Assembly: GCA_028717685.1 (NCBI GenBank)
Contig: JAQUNI010000003.1
Location: forward strand, 311-64,310
Length of the DNA: 64,000 bases
From: Patescibacteria group bacterium
GTDB taxonomy: Bacteria > Patescibacteriota > JAQUNI01
Reading direction: 5' to 3'
Numbering within the stretch: position 1 is the first letter of the stretch; the number at the start of each line of letters is the position of its first letter. A program made the position numbers and the translations under genes. Shown piece by piece: positions 57,095 to 64,000 of this stretch. A model generated the notes under the pieces. The model saw only the letters and a list, made by a program, of their open reading frames with translations, was not told where the DNA came from and ran no database searches.

Positions 57095-57204
57095 TATACT
57101 AGTTTAAGGCAAATTAGGGGGGAAATCAAGGTTTTAGATATTTCATTTTTTGTCAGTTTGTGCTACCATATGCTTATATTTTAAATAAGCGAAAGAAAGA
57201 TTTT

Positions 57205-58062
57205 ATGAAAAAATTGATTATTAACGCGGATGATTTCGGCTTATCGCGAAGCGTCAATCGCGGCATTATTGAGTGTTTTCAAAAGGGCGTTGTGAGGAGC
57301 GCTACTTTAATGCCGAATATGCCGGGATTTATAGATGCTGCGCGGCTCGCTCGAGAAAATACAGGTTTGGATATTGGCGCGCATTTGAATATTTATCGGG
57401 GCAGGCCTGTCTTACCGCCAGATAAAATCCCCTCTTTAGTAAACAGAGAGGGAATGTTTTTGGCTTCTTTTGCTCTGGTGCGGCGGATTTATTTGGGTCA
57501 GGTGCATTCCGAAGAGGTGGAGGCAGAGTTTAAAGCGCAGATTGCGAAAATCAAAGAAGCGGGCGTGGTGGTTACCCACCTCGATAGTGAAAAACATTTT
57601 CACGCTCTGCCGACTATTGCGCCGGTGGTGGCTCATCTCGCGGCTTATTTTAATATTCCGAGGGTGCGTCTGCCGCGGGAAAAGTGGTCGCCTAAGCATT
57701 TATCTGACCTTTTCTTTTCCCAATTCTATAAAATGCAATATTTAGCCTTCCGCTCTAATTTTTTGGCCGCGGAATTTAAAAGACATAAAATCAAATTCGT
57801 TGACAATTTCTACGGAATATTATATAGTGGAAAGATTAATTTGCAAGGGTTTCTGAAATTGTTGGAACAGTTAGATCCTGGGAATTCAGAATTAATGGTC
57901 CATCCCGGCTATGTGGACGAGGAATTAGAGGATCTTGCTCGCGGACTCAATAATCATCTTGTGGAAACGCGCGAAGAGGAGCTTAAGATTTTGACCCATC
58001 CTTTGGTGCAAGCCAAGATTCAGGAACAAGGGATTCAACTGATAAATTATCAAGATATCTAG
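57205..58062 (+). CDS. ChbG/YdjC family carbohydrate deacetylase
   Basis: LIINADDFG, HLN, HLDSEKHFH, ELMVHPG. Confidence 0.9.
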   Translation: MKKLIINADDFGLSRSVNRGIIECFQKGVVRSATLMPNMPGFIDAARLARENTGLDIGAHLNIYRGRPVLPPDKIPSLVNREGMFLASFALVRRIYLGQVHSEEVEAEFKAQIAKIKEAGVVVTHLDSEKHFHALPTIAPVVAHLAAYFNIPRVRLPREKWSPKHLSDLFFSQFYKMQYLAFRSNFLAAEFKRHKIKFVDNFYGILYSGKINLQGFLKLLEQLDPGNSELMVHPGYVDEELEDLARGLNNHLVETREEELKILTHPLVQAKIQEQGIQLINYQDI

Positions 58063-58080
58063 AATTTTGGTTATTAATTT

Positions 58081-59031
58081 ATGCCGTCTCTTAATCTTTC
58101 CATTGTTATTCCGGTATTGAATGAAGAGAAAAATGTTCCCCTGCTCTATAAGCAATTAAAGCAGGTTCTATTTAGTTTGCAGAAAGATTGGGAAGTAATC
58201 TTTGTTGATGACGGAAGCTATGACCAAACCTTCAAAATTTTACGAGAATTACATCTTGCGGACCGAAGGGTGAAGGTTATTAAATTTACTCGCAATTTTG
58301 GCAAAGCCGCGGCTTACAGTGCCGGCTTCCGGATGGCGCGAGGCCAGATTATTGTCACTATGGATGGCGATTTGCAGGATGATCCGCATGATATTCCCCG
58401 TCTTTTAGAAGCCTTGAGCCAGGGTTATGATTTAGTCACGGGCTGGAAAAATACAGGTAAAAGTTCACCCGCTAAATTTTTAGCCTCTCGTTTTTTTAAC
58501 CGTCTCATCACCTTTTTTATGGGCCTTAAAGTTCACGACTTGAATTGTCCCATAAAAGCTTATCGCGCCGCTGTAGCCAAGCAATTAAATCTTTATGGCG
58601 ATCTTTATCGCTATATTCCGATTTTGGCGCATGATGCGGGTTATCGGGTGGGCGAGATTCCAGTGCAAAATCACCCCCGTAAGTGGGGCCGAAGCAAATA
58701 CAAAAGCGGAAAATATTTCAAAAGCCTTTTGGATTTTATCACGATTTATTTCCTCGTTCGCTATTCCCGCAAGCCCTTGCATTTCTTCGGTGTTGCCGGA
58801 ATAGGTTTTGGTTTTTTAGGGACAATAATCGGCTTTTATTTATTGGCAAGAAAATTTGTTTATCATATTGAAATTATGAAAGAACACGGGCCCTTGCTCG
58901 TGTTCGCGGTTCTTTTAATAATCGTTGGTTTTCAAATGGTGAGCTTCGGGCTTTTAGCCGAAATGCTGACAAGGATTTATCAAAGGGAAAATCAACAGGA
59001 AGTGTGTTCAGTGGAGAAGGTTTTAGAATAG
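58081..59031 (+). CDS. GT2, ArnC/GtrB-like undecaprenyl-phosphate glycosyltransferase
   Basis: IPVLNEE, DDGSYD, RNFGK, MDGDLQDDP, two TMs. Confidence 0.9.
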   Translation: MPSLNLSIVIPVLNEEKNVPLLYKQLKQVLFSLQKDWEVIFVDDGSYDQTFKILRELHLADRRVKVIKFTRNFGKAAAYSAGFRMARGQIIVTMDGDLQDDPHDIPRLLEALSQGYDLVTGWKNTGKSSPAKFLASRFFNRLITFFMGLKVHDLNCPIKAYRAAVAKQLNLYGDLYRYIPILAHDAGYRVGEIPVQNHPRKWGRSKYKSGKYFKSLLDFITIYFLVRYSRKPLHFFGVAGIGFGFLGTIIGFYLLARKFVYHIEIMKEHGPLLVFAVLLIIVGFQMVSFGLLAEMLTRIYQRENQQEVCSVEKVLE

Positions 59032-59050
59032 TATTACAACGTCTTGCATT

Positions 59051-59094
59051 TTGGCTCCACAGTCCCTCGCTTCGCTCGGGAACTATGGAGCCAA
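59051..59094. repeat. Palindromic element upstream of the putative DGR target
   Basis: TTGGCTCCA...TGGAGCCAA stem enclosing CTCGCTTCGCTC. Confidence 0.6.
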
Positions 59095-59131
59095 CGAATG
59101 GCTTTGTTTGTATTAAGAAGGGAGAATTATA

Positions 59132-59626
59132 ATGGAAAATAGTGAAGAACGAATTCAGGTTTTGAACGAAACAGCTATTATGGTTAACCTGGACGTTCCA
59201 CCGGAACTGCCTTTTAATAACGCGAGCGTTGAAGAGAATATCGGTGGTGGATGGGTTAAGGTTGAAAAACGCGAAGACGGCTTATATATAGATGACCACA
59301 AAGTTATTTTGTATTTATCAGAAAAACAGAAGAATGGCCGGATGAGTGGGCGTGAGCTTCGTAAGGAACTTTTAGGAAAGCCCGTGCTCCACCCGAATAT
59401 TCTAGACGTTCTTATTCTTCATCGTCCAAAGTTTATTCCAGAGGACTGGAAAAAGGGTAAGCACTATTACGTCTTTATCTTTTTCTGGGCAGTCATTTTC
59501 CGCCACTCCTGCGGTAGCCTCTGTGTCCGTTGCCTCTTTCTCCGCGATGGCAATTGGGGCTGGGGCTGCTACGGTCTTGACAGTGACTGGAGCGACTTCG
59601 AACCCGCGGCGTTGCTCGAAAGCTGA
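59132..59626 (+). CDS. Putative DGR target (variable) protein
   Basis: C-terminus ...SLCVRCLFLRDGNWGWGCYGLDSDWSDFEPAALLES. 41 of 46 consecutive codons end in C/T. Confidence 0.7.
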   Translation: MENSEERIQVLNETAIMVNLDVPPELPFNNASVEENIGGGWVKVEKREDGLYIDDHKVILYLSEKQKNGRMSGRELRKELLGKPVLHPNILDVLILHRPKFIPEDWKKGKHYYVFIFFWAVIFRHSCGSLCVRCLFLRDGNWGWGCYGLDSDWSDFEPAALLES

Positions 59627-59760
59627 AAGTCTCTTCGAGCCTGAGGCTCTCAGAGCCGAACGGCCTGACGGAGGAAGGGCTAGTACTTTAAGACTTTGTT
59701 TCTTGGATCTTCTGGATTTTTGGAACTAAAGTCATTGGAATATTATGCGCTTACAATTTT

Positions 59761-59793
59761 AGGTCTCACGCGGAAATGCATGAGGTCTTTTTT
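59761..59793 (+). terminator. GAAA-loop hairpin with T-run (terminator or DGR target hairpin)
   Basis: AGGTCTCACGCG-GAAA-TGCATGAGGTCT followed by TTTTT. Confidence 0.5.
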
Positions 59794-59815
59794 ATTATCT
59801 TAAATCATTGATATT

Positions 59816-59930
59816 TCGTCATTGCGAGGAGGGCCTTTAAGCCCGACGAAGCAATCTCATCAAGCTATATTAATACAGATTTAGGAGATTGCTTCGGTCT
59901 CCGCCCAAGGCGGATCCCTCGCAATGACGA
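59816..59930. repeat. GTCATTGCGAG...GCAATCTC palindromic element, copy 2
   Basis: TCGTCATTGCGAGG...CGAAGCAATCTC / GAGATTGCTTCG...CCTCGCAATGACGA. Confidence 0.85.
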
Positions 59931-59943
59931 TACGCCTCGTAAT

Positions 59944-61080
59944 TCATAGTATCTTTAATAGTTTTTCTTTTGATTTTGCATAATTATTTTCGGATAGTTT
60001 GGCTGACGCGTGTTGTTGAATATTTTGATAAAAAGCGGGGTCAGAGATTAATTTTTCCGCAAGCTCTATCCCCTGCTTTATCCCCGCAATATCAGGAATG
60101 GACAGTTTTGGGAAGAATTCTAATTGATTATTGGCGTTTATGCCGATACTGGGCGTGCCTACGGCGGCGCAATCAGCCTGTAAGCGGCCCAAGGTCCAAG
60201 TCTGGTCCATATTAATAACCAGGAAAAAGCACGCCAGTCTCTTTAAATTTTCCTGCCACTTTAAGAAAGGAATAATCTCAAAGCGGGCATGCGCTGTTTC
60301 AAGTGGCGCAATATTTGAACGGGGGTAATCTACCACCTGGATTAAAAACTCTGGATATTTTTTCTGGATTTGAACTGCGGCGAATTGGCCAGCGAAATTA
60401 TCTGTCCGTCCGGTTTCGCCAGCCACGAGAATAACTTTTTCTTTTTCTTCTCTTTTTTTAAAAAACCGGTGGGCATATTCAAAAGGATAGAATTGCGGAA
60501 AATAAACTACTTTGGCGGGAAGAAAGGATTGGAGATAATCCTGCGCGTCGTGATTCACATTAATAAAGATATTACAATTATTAGCAAAGGTTTTAAAAGC
60601 GCGAAATTCATTTTCCTTTTTCCAGACCTCGCGCAATATTCCTAAAGGACTGACAATGGAACCTAAATAGATCGCGTTGGGATTCACTTTTTTCGTTTTT
60701 CTGATTAAATCTGCCATTAGAGGCATAGAGAAGCTGTGCACCAGGAACAAAATAAGATTAAATTTTTTAAGATAATCCAAATTGCGATAAATTGGTTTTC
60801 TTTGAATCTTTTCCATGGTCAGATCTAGTTTGCGGCCGAGTTTATAAGAAAGGGTATGGGGATTTTGACGGCGGCGCAAAAAGTTGACCGGAATATGCTC
60901 TCCAGAGAACGCCGATGTCCAGCAGCCAAAAGAAGTAGGGTCAATTTCCGTTTCAGGATCGCAAAGATAATTAGGTTTTTCCGGGGTGGGTTGCCAAATT
61001 CTGCCGGTTTTAGTGGAATATTCAATACAGGCAAATCTCATTTTTTCTATATATTTTTGGGAAATTTTATTCTTGGACAT
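59944..61080 (-). CDS. Hypothetical protein, probable GT-B glycosyltransferase
   Basis: TLGRLQADCAAVGTPSIG resembles a GT4 C-terminal motif; glycan locus context. Confidence 0.6.
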   Translation of the reverse strand: MSKNKISQKYIEKMRFACIEYSTKTGRIWQPTPEKPNYLCDPETEIDPTSFGCWTSAFSGEHIPVNFLRRRQNPHTLSYKLGRKLDLTMEKIQRKPIYRNLDYLKKFNLILFLVHSFSMPLMADLIRKTKKVNPNAIYLGSIVSPLGILREVWKKENEFRAFKTFANNCNIFINVNHDAQDYLQSFLPAKVVYFPQFYPFEYAHRFFKKREEKEKVILVAGETGRTDNFAGQFAAVQIQKKYPEFLIQVVDYPRSNIAPLETAHARFEIIPFLKWQENLKRLACFFLVINMDQTWTLGRLQADCAAVGTPSIGINANNQLEFFPKLSIPDIAGIKQGIELAEKLISDPAFYQNIQQHASAKLSENNYAKSKEKLLKIL

Positions 61081-62647
61081 TGGTTTGGAAAAATTTTTGG
61101 TTAATTTTCGCCCGTACCAGTTCTAAAATAAGCTTCATCTCTTTAAGCTTCACTAAATAAGCGCAGAGGAAATAGAGAAAAACACTGGGAATAACGACGG
61201 CGAGGAGGGCTAAACTTTGATCCCAAAGACGGGAGCGGTCGATATGGCTATAAATAAGGGGTTTACTTAAAAAGAGAAAGATTCCCATCAACAGGCTTGG
61301 CAGCAAAATTTTAAGATAATATTTATCCCAGAGCACCGATTTTATCTGCGGCAAATACCGAGTTAAAAAATAAGAATGAAGGAGGAGAGAAAGAATATTG
61401 GTCAGGGAGGTAGCAAGCGCCAGCCCTCCGTGAGCCAAAGGTCGGACCAAAAGAAAATTTAAGGCAATATTAAAAGTAATTACCAAAATTGTAATTTTGA
61501 CTAAGATTTTAGTTTTCTCAAGACTGTAAAAAACATTTGCTAGAATATTAGTAATACCCGTGGCAAAGAGACCGAGAGTGAAGAAGAGAAGGGCATAAGC
61601 CGTGGCTTCTGTATCTTGGAAGGTAAATTCTCCTCTTTGGAAAATAATTTGGGTAAGCGGCAGACGGAGGATGACCAAGCCAATACTTACGGGGATGATG
61701 GCAAAAAGAATCATTCTGATGGTGAGGCTAATCGCTTTTAATAATTCCTGACGTTCTCCTCTCGCGATTTTTTCTGCGAAGACGGGAAAAGAGACGATGG
61801 GAATAGCGAAAAGAAAAATCTGGGACACGAGTTTCATTATCCTTTCGGCATAATACAAAGCAGAGAGACTGCCGCTTGTTAATTCCGAGGCTAACATACG
61901 ATTAGTTACCGTGCTCGCTTGAGCTAAAATTGTGGAGATGATAAAAGGGGAAACTAGAATAATGATTTTACGAATGATGGGATCACGCCAATTAAAAGAT
62001 AAGGAATATCTAAACCCCTGTTTATAGAGAGCTTGAAAGATCACCAGAAATTCCAAAACAGCAGTAGCTAAAAACGCCCAACTTAAAATATAAACATCCA
62101 GTTTTTGGCGGAAAACAAGAAGTGCAGAAATCACTACTAATGGTAGAATAAGTTTAATTAAGGCAGGGATGGTGAATTTTTTAAAGGCATACAAGATTGA
62201 CGTACCGAGGATGGTAAGGATATTAAAAAGAATGGCGGGGAAAAGAATTAAGGTAAGGTTGGTGGTCAATTTTTGCGTCAGGGAGTCAAAACCAGGCACA
62301 AGAATTTTCACGATGAGTGGCGTTAAAATCATTCCTAAAACAATGAGAATCACAAAAACGGTGGAGATAATATTGAATAGATTGACCGCAATCTTCCATG
62401 CCTCTTTTTCTTTATTTCGATGAATATATTTGACAAAAATGGGCACAAAAACGATGGAGAGGATGCCGACTTGAAGGATTTTAGTAAAGATATCAGGGAT
62501 CGTGCGGGCGGCAACAAAGGCGTCAATTTCCTTGCCAGCGCCAAAAACATAGGCGGTCAATGTTTGTTGGGCAAATCCTAAAACACCAGCCACTAAGGTG
62601 ACGAATGTGATGATAAGCGTAGATTTGGCAGCCTGATGATAACGCAT
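61067..62647 (-). CDS. murJ: MurJ/MviN-family lipid-linked glycan flippase
   Basis: AYVFGAG..DAF, IPD, FVPIF, LYYAERI, FQRGEF, HGGLALATS. Start moved to the ATG at 62647. Confidence 0.88.
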   Translation of the reverse strand: MRYHQAAKSTLIITFVTLVAGVLGFAQQTLTAYVFGAGKEIDAFVAARTIPDIFTKILQVGILSIVFVPIFVKYIHRNKEKEAWKIAVNLFNIISTVFVILIVLGMILTPLIVKILVPGFDSLTQKLTTNLTLILFPAILFNILTILGTSILYAFKKFTIPALIKLILPLVVISALLVFRQKLDVYILSWAFLATAVLEFLVIFQALYKQGFRYSLSFNWRDPIIRKIIILVSPFIISTILAQASTVTNRMLASELTSGSLSALYYAERIMKLVSQIFLFAIPIVSFPVFAEKIARGERQELLKAISLTIRMILFAIIPVSIGLVILRLPLTQIIFQRGEFTFQDTEATAYALLFFTLGLFATGITNILANVFYSLEKTKILVKITILVITFNIALNFLLVRPLAHGGLALATSLTNILSLLLHSYFLTRYLPQIKSVLWDKYYLKILLPSLLMGIFLFLSKPLIYSHIDRSRLWDQSLALLAVVIPSVFLYFLCAYLVKLKEMKLILELVRAKINQKFFQTNVQE

Positions 62648-62711
62648 AAATTTTATTGTTCCATTGTTCAATTGTTTCATTGTTAAAAACCAAAGAGTAA
62701 TGGAATAGTGT

Positions 62712-64000
62712 TTATTCCAGAATCCTTCCCACCCCAATTACCTTTTTACCTATTTTTTTCTGAAAATAGTTTTTTCCATCAATAACAATCGTGTTTTTAC
62801 TGATGAGTTTTTTGGAATCTCTTTGCAGCGCGTCATGATCCGTGGCGACAATAACAAGATCATAAGCTAGAAGACCGGCTTTTAGCGCGGGTTTAAAACC
62901 TAATTTTTTGATTTCTATTTTAGAATAAAAAGGATCATAAACCTGAAAAGGGATGTTTTTCTTTTTTAATGCCAAAGCAACGGTTAAAGCGGGTGATTCG
63001 CGCAAATCCTTAATATTTTTTTTGTAAGCTAAGCCATATAACAATATTTTATTCCCGGGATGATAATTGTTGATTATTTTCTGCGTAAACCATTGAGGCA
63101 TCTCTCGGTTTGTCTTAAGAGCCGCAGAGAGCGCGGGCATTGTTAAGCCATACTGGCTAGCCAAACCAGTTAAATAATGGGGATCGATGGGTATACAATG
63201 TCCACCTGTGCCGAGTGATGGCCAATGGGCTTGAAAACTCCATTTTGTGGATGCAGCTTTAATTACTTCCAGCACATCAAGGTTCATTTTTTCGCAAAGG
63301 CGCGCAAACTCATTAACAAGAGCGATATTCAAGGCACGGTAAGAATTTTCTAACATCTTGGCGCCTTCCGCCACTTCGGGGCTTTCCACGGTAATAAGAG
63401 GCGCTTTAATAAATTTTTTATAAATTTGATAAGCCCTCTCACTACTTTGCTGATCAACTCCCCCGATAAGCTTAGCGATATTTTCAGTTTTATTTCTTGT
63501 GCCGGGATCCACTCTTTCTGGAGAGCAAACCAAAGAAAAATCGCGTCCCATTTTAAGCTTTGACCTTTTTTCTAAAATATTGCCGATTATCTCGCGGGTT
63601 GTGCCAATTGCGACCGTGGATTCGTTGATGACTACTGCACCCTTTTGAAGATAGATGCCTATTTTTTCCGTCGCGTTTTTAAGCAGACTGATATCTGGCT
63701 GAAGTTGCGCATTCACTGGCGTAGGCAGACAAATGAAGACCGCGTTGCATTGCTTTAATGCCTCGAATTGTAAAATAGGTGTCAATTTTTTCTTTATGAT
63801 AGCTTGGCGGAGAGCTTCTGTAAGACTGGCATCAGCCAAGTAGTTCATTTGTTTTTTTAGCATTCCTATTTTTTGGCGGTCTTTGTCAATGCCAAAAACG
63901 GTAAAGCCAGCCTTGGCGGCAAGAACAGCCAAGGGTAAACCTACGTAACCTAAGCCTACCACAGCAATGCGGATAGCGGCATTTTGGGTTTTTCTTACTT
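62712..64000 (-). CDS. Nucleotide-sugar dehydrogenase (UDP-GlcNAc/ManNAc type), 5'-partial
   Basis: VVGLGYVGLP, CLPTP, EST, SPER, GGHCIPIDP, DLRESP. Frame is open to the window end. Confidence 0.93.
   Translation of the reverse strand, partial: VRKTQNAAIRIAVVGLGYVGLPLAVLAAKAGFTVFGIDKDRQKIGMLKKQMNYLADASLTEALRQAIIKKKLTPILQFEALKQCNAVFICLPTPVNAQLQPDISLLKNATEKIGIYLQKGAVVINESTVAIGTTREIIGNILEKRSKLKMGRDFSLVCSPERVDPGTRNKTENIAKLIGGVDQQSSERAYQIYKKFIKAPLITVESPEVAEGAKMLENSYRALNIALVNEFARLCEKMNLDVLEVIKAASTKWSFQAHWPSLGTGGHCIPIDPHYLTGLASQYGLTMPALSAALKTNREMPQWFTQKIINNYHPGNKILLYGLAYKKNIKDLRESPALTVALALKKKNIPFQVYDPFYSKIEIKKLGFKPALKAGLLAYDLVIVATDHDALQRDSKKLISKNTIVIDGKNYFQKKIGKKVIGVGRILE

Noticed and set aside
59132-59940. 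Complete DGR cassette
   Set aside because: No reverse transcriptase, Avd or template repeat was recognised in the window, so only a candidate target is reported.
1-64000. tRNA, rRNA, tmRNA or riboswitch genes
   Set aside because: No recognisable conserved motifs by eye; a covariance search would be needed to exclude divergent ones.

Overview
64 kb of AT-rich bacterial chromosome. It is probably Patescibacteria/CPR (Parcubacteria-like), inferred from the weak or absent Shine-Dalgarno sites on core genes, the type IV pilin, and the giant S74-chaperone surface protein. From left to right: (1) the 3' part of a giant modular surface/fibre protein; (2) iscSU, MazG-like, M23 peptidase, gltX, thpR, the AmmeMemoRadiSam trio, priA-def-fmt, rnhA-recJ and a pilin; (3) a fermentative cluster (2-oxoacid:ferredoxin oxidoreductase alpha/beta/gamma, ackA, pduL); (4) murD-pgeF-mraY-DD-carboxypeptidase-scpB; (5) a ~31 kb surface-glycan locus with many glycosyltransferases, flippases, NeuA/NeuB and NDP-sugar enzymes. 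No rRNA, tRNA, CRISPR, transposase or reverse transcriptase was recognised. Four signals stand out. First, a 21-bp GC-rich DNA motif with fixed synonymous positions marks module boundaries in the giant gene, a candidate recombination/shuffling site. Second, about 25 degenerate 7/8/9-nt tandem arrays sit mostly at gene junctions, and most form inverted pairs with a family-specific polarity. Third, several families of palindromic mini-elements nest inside each other and sit in-frame in genes, including a 153-bp insert in murD. Fourth, an isolated gene has a 3' end resembling a diversity-generating retroelement (DGR) variable region. All product calls come from motif recognition by eye, not database searches.
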